The position numbers and the translations under genes were made by a program. The notes beneath the pieces were generated by a model. It saw only the letters and a list, made by a program, of their open reading frames with translations. It was not told where the DNA came from and searched no databases. 64,000 nucleotides of DNA. Source: Clostridiales bacterium (GTDB taxonomy: Bacteria > Bacillota > Clostridia > Christensenellales > CAG-138). Positions within the stretch are counted from its first letter, which is position 1; every line of letters starts with the position of its first letter. The DNA is taken from NCBI GenBank assembly GCA_004556165.1, contig SFIR01000001.1:66336-130335 (forward strand), written 5' to 3'. Positions 44,425 to 54,596 of this stretch are shown piece after piece.

Positions 44425-46446
44425 ATGAAGAATGAACTCGTTGCAAAGGCAATGACAATTAAGCTGGACAATGTTCTGCCTGAGTATCCCAAGATTGAGG
44501 AAGGCTACCGTCGCGCTCCCGACAGGGGATTCCGCCTCACCAAGGCACAGGCGGAGCTTGCGCTCAGAAATGCTCTCCGCTATGTGCCGGAGGAGCTTCA
44601 CGAAACGCTTGCTCCCGAATTCATGGAAGAGCTTGTAACCCGAGGCAGGATATATGCCTATCGTTACCGTCCCGAAGGCCGTATCTACGGTAAGCCCATA
44701 GATGAATACAAGGGCAAATGCATTGAGGGCAAGGCTTTTCAGGTTATGATAGATAATAACCTTGATTTTGAGATTGCACTCTACCCCTATGAGCTCGTCA
44801 CCTACGGTGAGACAGGTCAGCCCTGCCAGAACTGGCTCCAGTATCGCCTGATTAAGAAATATCTTGAGGAGCTTACCGAGAATCAGACTCTTGTTGTGGA
44901 GTCCGGTCATCCTCTCGGACTCTTCCCGAGCAAACCCACCGCTCCCCGTGTTATTATTACCAATTCCCTTATGGTCGGTATGTTTGATAATATAGATGAT
45001 TGGGAAATCGCAGAGGAAATGGGTGTTGCAAATTACGGCCAGATGACCGCAGGCGGTTGGATGTATATCGGGCCTCAGGGCATCGTTCACGGCACTTTCA
45101 ATACCATACTCGGCGCAGGCCGCAAGGAACTCGGCATTCCCGAGGACGGCGATCTTACGGGCAGGCTATTCGTATCCTCGGGCCTCGGCGGAATGAGCGG
45201 CGCACAGCCCAAGGCTGCCAATATAGCAAACGCCGTCGGCGTTTTTGCTGAAGTAGATTTGTCCAGGATCATGACCCGTTATAATCAGGGCTGGGTCAAC
45301 AAGATCTCGGATAATCTCGATGAGATTTTCAGCGATGTCAAAAAGCATATAGAGAATAGGGAATCCGTTTCCATCGCCTACCACGGCAACATCGTTGATC
45401 TGCTTGAATATGCTGTAAAGCATGATGTGCATATCGATCTGCTTTCAGATCAGACCTCCTGCCATAATGTCTACAACGGCGGTTACTGCCCCGTAGGTCT
45501 GACCTTCGAAGAACGTACCGAAATGCTCCATACCAATCGTGATGAATTTGTTAAGCGTGTCAATATGTCGCTCCGCCGTCATTTTGACGCCATTATGGCA
45601 CTTCACGCAAAGGGAACCTATTTCTTCGATTACGGCAACTCCTTCCTCAAGGCAGTCTATGACAGCGGTATAAAGGAAATCTCCAAGAACGGCGTAGATG
45701 ATAAGGACGGCTTCATTTTCCCGAGCTATGTCGAGGATATTATGGGTCCCGTTCTCTTCGATTACGGCTACGGTCCGTTCCGCTGGGTCTGCCTCTCCGG
45801 CAAACCTTCCGATCTCGACAAGACCGATGCTGCGGCTATGAGCTGCATCGACCCGACTCGCTGCGCTCAGGACAGGGACAATTATATCTGGATCCGTGAT
45901 GCTAAGGCAAATAAGCTAGTCGTCGGCACACAGGCAAGGATACTCTATCAGGATGCCGAGGGCAGGACGAGGATAGCTCTCAAATTCAACGAAATGGTAC
46001 GCAATGGTGAGATAGGCCCCGTCATGATCGGGCGTGACCATCATGATGTCAGCGGTACCGATTCACCCTTCCGCGAGACCGCTAATATCAAGGACGGCAG
46101 CAATGTAATGGCGGATATGGCTGTTCAGTGCTTTGCGGGCAATGCGGCAAGGGGTATGAGTCTCTGCGCTCTGCATAACGGCGGCGGCGTAGGCATAGGC
46201 AAGGCCATTAACGGCGGCTTCGGCTTGGTGCTTGACGGCAGCGAGCGCGTTGACGAGATCATCCGTTCCGCAATGATGTGGGATGTCATGGGCGGCGTTG
46301 CAAGACGCAACTGGGCAAGGAACGAGCATTCCGTTGAGACCTCTGTTAAGTATAATGAGAAGTGGGCAGGCAAAGCCCATATAACCATTCCCTATACCGT
46401 CAACGATGAGCTTATTGAGAAGACCGTTGCGGCTAAGGTGAAATAA
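44425..46446 (+). CDS. hutU: urocanate hydratase (long form)
   Basis: ..YGQMTAGGWMYIGPQGIVHGT.. and ..SSGLGGMSGAQPKA.. Confidence 0.95.
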   Translation: MKNELVAKAMTIKLDNVLPEYPKIEEGYRRAPDRGFRLTKAQAELALRNALRYVPEELHETLAPEFMEELVTRGRIYAYRYRPEGRIYGKPIDEYKGKCIEGKAFQVMIDNNLDFEIALYPYELVTYGETGQPCQNWLQYRLIKKYLEELTENQTLVVESGHPLGLFPSKPTAPRVIITNSLMVGMFDNIDDWEIAEEMGVANYGQMTAGGWMYIGPQGIVHGTFNTILGAGRKELGIPEDGDLTGRLFVSSGLGGMSGAQPKAANIANAVGVFAEVDLSRIMTRYNQGWVNKISDNLDEIFSDVKKHIENRESVSIAYHGNIVDLLEYAVKHDVHIDLLSDQTSCHNVYNGGYCPVGLTFEERTEMLHTNRDEFVKRVNMSLRRHFDAIMALHAKGTYFFDYGNSFLKAVYDSGIKEISKNGVDDKDGFIFPSYVEDIMGPVLFDYGYGPFRWVCLSGKPSDLDKTDAAAMSCIDPTRCAQDRDNYIWIRDAKANKLVVGTQARILYQDAEGRTRIALKFNEMVRNGEIGPVMIGRDHHDVSGTDSPFRETANIKDGSNVMADMAVQCFAGNAARGMSLCALHNGGGVGIGKAINGGFGLVLDGSERVDEIIRSAMMWDVMGGVARRNWARNEHSVETSVKYNEKWAGKAHITIPYTVNDELIEKTVAAKVK

Positions 46447-46481
46447 ATCTTGATTTCAACAGAACATGAAAGGAAAAAACA

Positions 46482-47378
46482 ATGGCAAAGATTATTGAAT
46501 GTGTCCCCAATATCAGTGAGGGCAGGAACCACGAAGTCATCGAAGCATGCGTTGATACGATACGCAATACCCCCGGCGTCACCCTTCTCGATTACAGCAG
46601 CGATGCAAGCCATAACCGCAGCGTAATTACCTTTATGGGCAGCCCCGAGGGCGTCATGGATGCCGCGACCGCACTTGCAAAGAAGGCAGTTGAGCTTATC
46701 GACCTCAACCATCATCAGGGAGAACATCCCCGTATGGGTGCTGTTGATGTCATTCCTCTTATTCCCATGAAGGATGTTACCAAGGAGGAGACTGTCGAGT
46801 ATTCCAAGATACTTGCAGAGCGCATCTATAAAGAGGCAGGTATTCCCATATTCCTTTATGAGGATTCCGCTTCCGCGCCGCACCGTGTCAACCTCGCTGC
46901 TATCCGCAAGGGTCAGTTCGAAGGCATGGCAGAGAAGGTCAAGGATCCCATGTGGACGCCCGATTTCGGCGGCGCAACGATTCACCCCACCGCCGGTACG
47001 ACCGCAGTCGGCTGCCGCATGCCCCTTATTGCATTCAATATCAATCTCTCGACCAGCGATGTTACCATTGCAAGCAAGATTGCGAAGATAATTCGCCGTT
47101 CCAGCGGCGGCTTCGATTGCGTAAAGGCACTCGGCGTTATGCTCGAGGAGAGGAATGTGGCTCAGGTTTCAATCAATATGACCGACTTCCACAGGACTCC
47201 GCTTTACAGGGTTCTGGAGCTTACCAAGGCAGAAGCCTCACGTTGGGGCGTTCATGTTATAGGTACCGAGATCATCGGTCTTACTCCGATGCGTGCTCTT
47301 GTCGATTCCGCCGAGTACTATCTCCAGATTGAGGATTTCAATGCGGATAAGCAGATCCTCGAAAATTATCTTCTCTAA
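46482..47378 (+). CDS. glutamate formimidoyltransferase
   Basis: MAKIIECVPNISEGRN... is the canonical FTCD N-terminal transferase domain start. Confidence 0.9.
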   Translation: MAKIIECVPNISEGRNHEVIEACVDTIRNTPGVTLLDYSSDASHNRSVITFMGSPEGVMDAATALAKKAVELIDLNHHQGEHPRMGAVDVIPLIPMKDVTKEETVEYSKILAERIYKEAGIPIFLYEDSASAPHRVNLAAIRKGQFEGMAEKVKDPMWTPDFGGATIHPTAGTTAVGCRMPLIAFNINLSTSDVTIASKIAKIIRRSSGGFDCVKALGVMLEERNVAQVSINMTDFHRTPLYRVLELTKAEASRWGVHVIGTEIIGLTPMRALVDSAEYYLQIEDFNADKQILENYLL

Positions 47379-47386
47379 ATAAAACA

Positions 47387-47421
47387 AATGAACGGAGGAA
47401 TAGTCTGCCCCTCCGTTCATT
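47387..47421 (+). promoter_or_regulatory. perfect 12-bp hairpin between the transferase gene and hutI (attenuator or RNA-stability element)
   Basis: AATGAACGGAGG, 11-nt loop, CCTCCGTTCATT, then GTTGTTTACATTTT. Confidence 0.5.
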
Positions 47422-47450
47422 GTTGTTTACATTTTCCGAAAGGTTTTATC

Positions 47451-48689
47451 ATGCTTCTAATAAAAAACATAGGAAAACTTGCGACTCCGCTGGGCAATAC
47501 CGTGCATTGCGGCGAAAAGCAAAGGGAGATAAAGGTATTTACCGATGCATCCGTGCTTATTTCGGATGACGGTAAAATACTCGAGATCACCGAAAAGGGA
47601 AATATGCCTTCATGCCCGTCCGATATTGAAACGATTGACGCTGAAGGTATGCTTGTCACCCCGGGTCTTGTCGATGCGCATACCCACCTCGTATTCGGCG
47701 GCTGGCGAGATCATGAGGTACCGCTTAAAATCTCAGGCGCATCCTATCTTGAAATACTGAATGCCGGCGGAGGAATTCTCAATACCCTTCGTGCGACTCG
47801 TGAAGCGAGCGCGGATGAGCTCTTTGACAGAAGCGCCGAATTCCTCAGTGAAATGATGAATTTGGGTGTCACGACTGTTGAAGCCAAATCCGGTTACGGC
47901 TTGGATTTCGAGAATGAGATCAAGCAGCTTGAGGTCATAAGACGTCTTGACAGGGAAACTCCGCTCGATGTAGTATCCACCTTTCTCGGCGCACATGCAA
48001 TCCCTTCGGAATTCGCAGGAAACCCGGATGGTTATATAGACTATCTGATCGACAAGGTACTTCCCGTTGTCGCCGAAAGAAAGCTTGCCGATTTCTGCGA
48101 TGTGTTCGTTGAGGATACTATTTTCACGGCCGAGCATGCCCGTAAGCTCCTTCTCGCCGCACAGAGGCTCGGTATGCCTTCCAAGATACACGCTGATGAG
48201 ATTAACGCCATCGGAGGCTCGGAGCTGGCAGGGGAGATAGGCGCAGTATCCGCCGAGCATCTGCTTTCGACCGTGGACAGCGGAATTGAATCGCTTGCAA
48301 AGGCCAAGACGGTTGCATGCCTGCTTCCCTGTACCTCGCTGTACCTTGATAAACCCTTCGCAAGAGCAAGGGATATGATAAATGCAGGAGTCCCCGTCGC
48401 TATCGCAACGGACTTTAACCCGGGTTCATGCCCTTCGCTCAATATCCAGCTTGCCATGAATATGGGCTATATCCGTTACAGAATGTATCCGGAAGAAATA
48501 CTGACCGCAGTTACCCTTAATGCTGCCTGTGCTCTCGGCATGGGTGATAGGATCGGAACCGCCGAAAAGGGAAAACAGGCAGATTTCGTAATCTGGAATG
48601 CAAAAGACCTCTCAATGCTCTGCTACCGCATGGGCAGTAACCAAGCAAAAACCGTTATAAAGAAAGGAAAAATTTATGAAACTCGTTGA
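47451..48689 (+). CDS. hutI: imidazolonepropionase
   Basis: ..GLVDAHTHLVFGGWR.. metal site. Amidohydrolase fold. Confidence 0.93.
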   Translation: MLLIKNIGKLATPLGNTVHCGEKQREIKVFTDASVLISDDGKILEITEKGNMPSCPSDIETIDAEGMLVTPGLVDAHTHLVFGGWRDHEVPLKISGASYLEILNAGGGILNTLRATREASADELFDRSAEFLSEMMNLGVTTVEAKSGYGLDFENEIKQLEVIRRLDRETPLDVVSTFLGAHAIPSEFAGNPDGYIDYLIDKVLPVVAERKLADFCDVFVEDTIFTAEHARKLLLAAQRLGMPSKIHADEINAIGGSELAGEIGAVSAEHLLSTVDSGIESLAKAKTVACLLPCTSLYLDKPFARARDMINAGVPVAIATDFNPGSCPSLNIQLAMNMGYIRYRMYPEEILTAVTLNAACALGMGDRIGTAEKGKQADFVIWNAKDLSMLCYRMGSNQAKTVIKKGKIYETR

Positions 48690-49308
48690 TATGCAGGTAA
48701 CCGGTTACCTCGATATTCTCGCATCCGATGCGCCCGCACCCGGCGGCGGAAGCGCAGCTGCACTCTGCGGCGCACAGGGTATTGGCCTTGTCGCCATGGT
48801 CGCAGGGCAGACCGCGATTAAAAAGGCATATGAAGCCGATTGGCCGCTCTGCCATGAGATAGCAGATGAAGGCAAAAAGCTATTTGAAGCACTGACTGCT
48901 CAGGTCGATAAGGACACTGATGCTTATAACATCATCGCCGCTGCCTTCAAAATGCCCAAGGAGACCGAAGAACAGAAGGCTGTCCGCCGTCAGGAGATCG
49001 CAAGGGGCACTCTTATTTCCACTGAAGTTCCCTTTGAAACTCTGAATCTTGCAGTTCGCGCGCTTGAGCTTGCCGAAAGGCTCCTCGGACACTATAATAC
49101 CAACTGCGCAAGCGATCTCGGTGTCGGAGGACTGAACCTCCATACCTGCGTCCACGGTGCATGGATGAATGTTCTTATCAACCTCGGCGGTATCAAGGAT
49201 GAGGAAAAGAAGAATTATTTCGAAACCGAAGGCAAAAAGCTCGTTGCGCGTGCAGATGAGCTTGCAGCAAAGGTCAATGAAACAGTAATGAAGGATATAA
49301 TCGGCTAA
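48676..49308 (+). CDS. formiminotetrahydrofolate cyclodeaminase family protein
   Basis: ..LASDAPAPGGGSAAALCGAQGIGLVAMV.. is the canonical cyclodeaminase/cyclohydrolase family pattern. Confidence 0.88.
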   Translation: MKLVDMQVTGYLDILASDAPAPGGGSAAALCGAQGIGLVAMVAGQTAIKKAYEADWPLCHEIADEGKKLFEALTAQVDKDTDAYNIIAAAFKMPKETEEQKAVRRQEIARGTLISTEVPFETLNLAVRALELAERLLGHYNTNCASDLGVGGLNLHTCVHGAWMNVLINLGGIKDEEKKNYFETEGKKLVARADELAAKVNETVMKDIIG

Positions 49309-49326
49309 CGAATAAAGGCATTATGA

Positions 49327-49371
49327 AAACTGCTGTTCCCTTAGGATTACCGGGAGCAGCAGTTCTTTTTC
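49327..49371. terminator. bidirectional terminator between the hut operon and rqcH
   Basis: AACTGCTGTTCCC / GGGAGCAGCAGTT (13 bp, one G-U pair) followed by CTTTTT. Confidence 0.7.
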
Positions 49372-49377
49372 TGATAA

Positions 49378-51087
49378 TCAGTTTTTCTTATTCAGCTTAT
49401 CAATTTTTTCCGCGGACGGCGTAACATAGAGCGTGCGCTGATTGGTATAGATGACAATTCCGGGCTTCGCTCCGGAGGGCTTTTTAACGAATCTTCGCTG
49501 CGTATAGTCAACGGGAACAAGCCCCGAATCCCTCGCTTTGGAGTAGTACGCTGCAAGCTCGGCGGCTTCCAAAAGGGTCGTATCGGGTGCTTCACCGCCG
49601 GAAAGAATTATGACATGTGAGCCGTGAAAATCCTTGGTATGCAGCCAAATATCATCGGGTGAGGATTCCTTAAAGGTCAGTCGGTCATTCTGAATGTTGT
49701 TTTTGCCGACGAGAATATCAATACCGTCGGAGGAAACATAACGGTAAGGCTTGGACTTGGGCAGCTTGGTGCGGCTGTTTCTGCTGAGCTTTATGTAACC
49801 AGCTGAGCTGAGCTCGGATTTAACCTCGTCAAAATCCGAATCGGTAACGCATTCGGAAAGGTCGGAAAGGATACCGGAAAGGTATTCGAGCTCGCGCATG
49901 GCTTCGGCCTGCTGAACTATGGCACTCTCCCGAGCAGACTTGGCTTTACGATACTTTTTGTAGTATGCCTGTGCATTTGCGGATGCCGATATACTGCCGT
50001 CAAGCTCAACGGAGATAATCTCGGGAGGGTCAGCGTAATAGTCTTCAAGCAAAGCCTCATTGGCTCTCGGAGGAATGCGATAGAGGTTGGCGGTAATGAG
50101 CTCACCGCATTTTCTGAGCTTCTCTATCTCGGCCTCATCGCCGATGGAGAGCGAAAATTTCTCGATCTTCCTTTCAAGCCTTTGAATGTTATTCATAATA
50201 ACACGTTCGATGGAAGCCGTGCGCCGCCTGACGCTTTCAGCCTGCGAACGCCTGCGGTAAAATTCATCGGCTGCTTCGGCAAGACTGCTAAACCTGACAA
50301 AGTCATCGCTCGCCGGAATGAAAGGCAGAAGCGTACTGCTTCCCCCCCAATTAGCTATACAAGCACTGATACTACCCATCGACAGGCTGCGATAGAATCC
50401 GTACAAGCCTTCGCTTAGCTTATCGGTATCGCTCGGGTCAATACGGCTATAATCGCATACAGCGTCAATCAAAAGAGCTGCGACAGAGGGCGATAGACCG
50501 TAGAAATTATTTGACAATGCCTTATCGAGCCTTGCTCCGGATTCCAGTGCAGCTTTGAAATCCGAAACGGAAGCAGCGGAAGGATCATGCTTGTCCTGCG
50601 AAGGGGGAAACTCATATTTGAGATGGGGAAGTATCAATCTGACGCTGCTCATGGAAGCGGAAACTCTCCTTGCAGCATCAATTATCATTCCGCTTCCGTC
50701 TACGAGAATGATGTTTGAATGCTTGCCCATGATCTCGCATACAAGCGAATATTCCGCCTCATCATGCAGCTCATCCAAAGCAGAAAAGCGTATGATGACT
50801 ATGCGGTCGAGGTTTGGCTGTTCAATCGAAACCACCTTCGCGCCGAGAAGATGTTTCCTTAAAAGCATAAGGAAGTTCGGAGCATCTATGGGTGAAGTAC
50901 GCTTTTCATTTGTAAGCTGTATGCGGCAGTTATCGGGAGAGGATGAGATGAATAACCTCTTGGTTTCGCCGCCAACATGTACAACGAAAAGCAGCTCGTA
51001 GCGTTCGGGCTGCTGAATCTTTTCAATTCTGCCGCCGATCAGTGCTTTAATCTCGCTGACGGAGGCAGTAAGTGTTAATCCGTCCAT
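49378..51087 (-). CDS. rqcH: Rqc2/RqcH (NFACT, FbpA-like) ribosome quality control protein
   Basis: N-terminus MDGLTLTASVSEIKALIGGRIEKIQQP. C-terminal DUF814 region ..WLHTKDFHGSHVII.. The start is set at ATG 51087, after the clpX terminator. Confidence 0.88.
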   Translation of the reverse strand: MDGLTLTASVSEIKALIGGRIEKIQQPERYELLFVVHVGGETKRLFISSSPDNCRIQLTNEKRTSPIDAPNFLMLLRKHLLGAKVVSIEQPNLDRIVIIRFSALDELHDEAEYSLVCEIMGKHSNIILVDGSGMIIDAARRVSASMSSVRLILPHLKYEFPPSQDKHDPSAASVSDFKAALESGARLDKALSNNFYGLSPSVAALLIDAVCDYSRIDPSDTDKLSEGLYGFYRSLSMGSISACIANWGGSSTLLPFIPASDDFVRFSSLAEAADEFYRRRSQAESVRRRTASIERVIMNNIQRLERKIEKFSLSIGDEAEIEKLRKCGELITANLYRIPPRANEALLEDYYADPPEIISVELDGSISASANAQAYYKKYRKAKSARESAIVQQAEAMRELEYLSGILSDLSECVTDSDFDEVKSELSSAGYIKLSRNSRTKLPKSKPYRYVSSDGIDILVGKNNIQNDRLTFKESSPDDIWLHTKDFHGSHVIILSGGEAPDTTLLEAAELAAYYSKARDSGLVPVDYTQRRFVKKPSGAKPGIVIYTNQRTLYVTPSAEKIDKLNKKN

Positions 51088-51119
51088 AAAACTAAAAGAG
51101 GGGACTGAAATCAGTCCCC
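51088..51119 (-). terminator. clpX rho-independent terminator
   Basis: The minus strand reads GGGGACTGA-tt-TCAGTCCCC followed by TCTTTTAGTTTT. Confidence 0.7.
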
Positions 51120-51128
51120 ATTGCTGCA

Positions 51129-52394
51129 TTATGCCGATCTGCCTTCGGGGAGAACTCCGGGTTTGAATACATAGGTGGGAGCCGCTTCCTTAAGGACGGA
51201 CTGACGGGTAATGATTACCCTTTCAACATCGTCTCGAGAGGGAAGCTCATACATGATGGGAAGCATGATATCCTCAAGGATAGCACGAAGCCCCCTCGCA
51301 CCGGTGTTGCGCTTGATGGTGAGGCTTGCGACCTCTCTAAGTGCGTCGGGTTCGAAATCAAGATGAACATTATCCATTTCGAACAGACGCTTATACTGCT
51401 TTACAAGCGCATTTTTAGGTTCTGTCAGAATGCTCACCATTGCTTCCTCGGTGAGCTGATCGAGCGTTACGATTATGGGTACACGCCCGATGAATTCCGG
51501 GATAAGACCGAATTTCAAAAGATCCTCGGGAAGAATATCCTTCAGCGTTTCGCCAATATCCTTTTTGATGTTGGACTGAATGTCGGCGCCGAAGCCCATG
51601 CTCTTCTTACCGGTACGCTTTGCAATGATATCCTCAATGCCTGCAAATGCGCCGCCGCAGATGAAGAGAATATTTGTGGTGTCGATCTGAATGAATTCCT
51701 GATGCGGATGCTTCCGTCCGCCCTGCGGGGGAACCGATGCAACGGTACCTTCAAGTATCTTGAGCAGTGCCTGCTGCACGCCTTCACCGGAAACATCACG
51801 GGTGATCGAAGGATTTTCACTCTTTCTTGCAATCTTGTCGATCTCGTCGATATAGATAATGCCCTTTTCCGCACGTTCAACATCATAGTTGGCTGCCTGA
51901 ACGAGCTTTAACAGGATATTCTCAACGTCTTCACCGACATAACCTGCCTCGGTGAGAGAGGTAGCATCGGCAACCGCAAAGGGAACGTTTAATATTCTCG
52001 CAAGGGTTTCCGCAAGAAGGGTCTTGCCGCAGCCGGTCGGCCCAAGCATAACTATGTTGCTCTTTCCAAGTTCGGCTTCGGTATCGGTCTTAGGTGCATA
52101 AATCCGCTTATAATGATTGTAAACGGCAACAGCAAGCGCCATTTTGGCATGCTCCTGCCCGATTACATAGTCGTTAAGTACGCTAACGATGTCCTTCGGC
52201 TTGGGAAGCTCCGCAGGTGCAGTATCAATATCGGTATTCCTGAATTCATCGCCGAGAATGTCGTCGCAAAGCGCAACGCATTCATCACAGATAAATACGT
52301 CACCGGTGGGGCCTGCAAGCAGCCTTCCGACCTTATCCTGGGATCTGCCGCAGAACGAACAGACCTTTAAATCATCGTCTTTATAATTTGCCAT
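51129..52394 (-). CDS. clpX: ATP-dependent Clp protease ATP-binding subunit ClpX
   Basis: Zn finger [12 protein letters not shown]. Walker A GPTGCGKT. Confidence 0.97.
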   Translation of the reverse strand: MANYKDDDLKVCSFCGRSQDKVGRLLAGPTGDVFICDECVALCDDILGDEFRNTDIDTAPAELPKPKDIVSVLNDYVIGQEHAKMALAVAVYNHYKRIYAPKTDTEAELGKSNIVMLGPTGCGKTLLAETLARILNVPFAVADATSLTEAGYVGEDVENILLKLVQAANYDVERAEKGIIYIDEIDKIARKSENPSITRDVSGEGVQQALLKILEGTVASVPPQGGRKHPHQEFIQIDTTNILFICGGAFAGIEDIIAKRTGKKSMGFGADIQSNIKKDIGETLKDILPEDLLKFGLIPEFIGRVPIIVTLDQLTEEAMVSILTEPKNALVKQYKRLFEMDNVHLDFEPDALREVASLTIKRNTGARGLRAILEDIMLPIMYELPSRDDVERVIITRQSVLKEAAPTYVFKPGVLPEGRSA

Positions 52395-52415
52395 AGATGG
52401 AAATTAACCTCCTCC

Positions 52416-53003
52416 TTACCTTCTGGGCTTGACGATCTCGTCAATAATCCCGTATTCGAGTGCTGCATCGGGTGACATAAAATTATCGCGTTCGGTGTCC
52501 ACAGCAATCCTTTCAACGCTCTGACCGGTGCGTGAAGCTAAGATCTCATTCAGCCTGCGCCTGGTCTCGATAATATGCTCGGCGTGGATCTTCACATCGC
52601 TCGCCTGACCGCTTGCGCCGCCGGAGGGCTGATGAATCATGATCTCGCTGTTCGGAAGTGCCTTGCGCTTGCCCTTTGCGCCTGCCGCCAGCAGAAATGC
52701 CCCCATGGAAGCAGCCATGCCGATACAGATCGTCGAAACCTCGCAGCGGATGTACTGCATGGTATCGTAGATCGCCATGCCGGCAGAAATGCTGCCGCCG
52801 GGGCTGTTGATATAGAGGAAGATATCCTTATCAGGATCATCGGCCTCCAAAAACAGCATCTGAGCGACAATAAGGTTGGCCTCGTCATCGTTTATTTCCG
52901 AACCCAGGAAAATGATGCGATCCTTCAATAGCCTTGAATAGATATCATAGGAACGCTCGCCCTTGTTGGTTTGTTCAATTACCATAGGTATTAAGCTGCT
53001 CAT
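52416..53003 (-). CDS. clpP: ATP-dependent Clp protease proteolytic subunit
   Basis: ..[14 protein letters not shown].. and ..IMIHQP.. Confidence 0.97.
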   Translation of the reverse strand: MSSLIPMVIEQTNKGERSYDIYSRLLKDRIIFLGSEINDDEANLIVAQMLFLEADDPDKDIFLYINSPGGSISAGMAIYDTMQYIRCEVSTICIGMAASMGAFLLAAGAKGKRKALPNSEIMIHQPSGGASGQASDVKIHAEHIIETRRRLNEILASRTGQSVERIAVDTERDNFMSPDAALEYGIIDEIVKPRR

Positions 53004-53051
53004 GTTGACCTCCTGATTCTTCGGGATTCAGTGTAAATATAATTTGTAACG

Positions 53052-54392
53052 TCACTTATTCTCGTCATGCTCGCAGCCGCAATCGCAGTGCTCGTCGTGC
53101 TCATCATGCTTGGGCTCTACCGCAACGGAATTGGAAACGATAAGCTCAACGACAGCTTCAAAGATAGCGGAGGAAACATACCTGCTGCGGTTCTTTTCAA
53201 GCTCTGCCTTGACCTTTTCATCGTCCCAGTCGGGGCCGGGATTGCTGCGGCGGACTGCTTCAATATAGTTCGCCTCGGTGGGCTCAATCTTTTCTTCGTC
53301 CACAATAGCGCCGATGACATACTGTGCTTTCAGGTTTGCTTCGGCGCCCTTGCGGTAGTCATTGCGGATATCTTCCATGGTGATACCGGCATAGTCAATA
53401 TAATCCTTGAGGGATGTGCCGTACATGCTAAGCTGCTGTTCAAAACGCTTAATCTGCATATCGACCTCTTCTTCGACTATATCCTTATGGATTTCGACCT
53501 TGGCATTATCGACAGCCTTCTGCACGGCGGCATTCTCGTATGCAAACTTTGAATTTTCCTTTGCCCTTTTCTCAAGCTCCTCACGGATATTTGCTTCAAA
53601 CTCGGCTACGGTATTGAATTCCGAGGTGTCCTGAACGAAATCGTCATCAAGCTCGGGAATCTCTTCAAAATTGATCTCATGAACGGTGACCTTGAAGATG
53701 ACTTCCTTGCCGGCAAGATGCTCTGCCTGATAGTCGGTGGGAAAGGTAACTTTGATGTCGCGCTGTTCACCCTTGTTCATACCTACCATCTGCTCTTCAA
53801 AGCCGGGGATAAAGGTGTGGGAACCGATCTTAAGGGTGTAGTTCTCGGCGGTACCGCCTTCAAACTGCTCGTCGCCGAGGAAGCCTGCAAAATCGATAAC
53901 GGTGCTGTCGCCCTCCTGAACGGGACGATCAACGCTTACAGTGCGAGCCTGAGCTTCAAGCCTGTTATTGATTTCCTTTTTGACGTCTTCATCCGTAACA
54001 GTATACTCAACTCTTTCAACTTCTATACCCTTGTACTGACCGAGTTCGACGGTGGGGCGGGTAACGACTTCGGCGGTGAAATCAACGCCGTCCTGCTCGG
54101 AAATGGCGGTGAAATGGATCTCGGGCTGGAGCTCAGGAATGATGTTATGCTCGGCAAGAGCATCGGAATATGCATGCTGAACGAGTGCATCGAATTCATT
54201 ATCCCAAAATACGTTCTCGCCGTAGGACTTTTCGATGACCTTACGCGGAGCCTTCCCCTTACGGAAGCCGGGAATCTGATAACGGGCTGCAAGACGGCGA
54301 TATGCGCTCTCAAGAGCACGAACATAATCTTCACCGCTGATGTGAAGTTCAAAGCGTACCTTACCGTTTTCGGGATGAGTTAATTCTGACAT
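53052..54392 (-). CDS. tig: trigger factor with a His/Cys/Asp/Glu-rich C-terminal tail
   Basis: ..FRKGKAPRKVIE.., an FKBP domain, and position upstream of clpP-clpX. The ATG at 54392 follows GGAGG. Confidence 0.93.
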   Translation of the reverse strand: MSELTHPENGKVRFELHISGEDYVRALESAYRRLAARYQIPGFRKGKAPRKVIEKSYGENVFWDNEFDALVQHAYSDALAEHNIIPELQPEIHFTAISEQDGVDFTAEVVTRPTVELGQYKGIEVERVEYTVTDEDVKKEINNRLEAQARTVSVDRPVQEGDSTVIDFAGFLGDEQFEGGTAENYTLKIGSHTFIPGFEEQMVGMNKGEQRDIKVTFPTDYQAEHLAGKEVIFKVTVHEINFEEIPELDDDFVQDTSEFNTVAEFEANIREELEKRAKENSKFAYENAAVQKAVDNAKVEIHKDIVEEEVDMQIKRFEQQLSMYGTSLKDYIDYAGITMEDIRNDYRKGAEANLKAQYVIGAIVDEEKIEPTEANYIEAVRRSNPGPDWDDEKVKAELEKNRSRYVSSAIFEAVVELIVSNSVAVEPKHDEHDEHCDCGCEHDENK

Positions 54393-54596
54393 TGTAATCC
54401 TCCAAATTATGCTGTTCGGTGGGAGCATCCGCAGTCAGCAGAAAAACCATACCGCACCGATAATAATCAATGGAATAAATCCATATCAAGTTATTATAGC
54501 ATAGTAATTTATTTAAGTAAATGATTGACGTAAAATATATGCACAAATGCGGAGAAATATTGCACAGACGGCTGATTTTGCCGAAATCATGACCGG

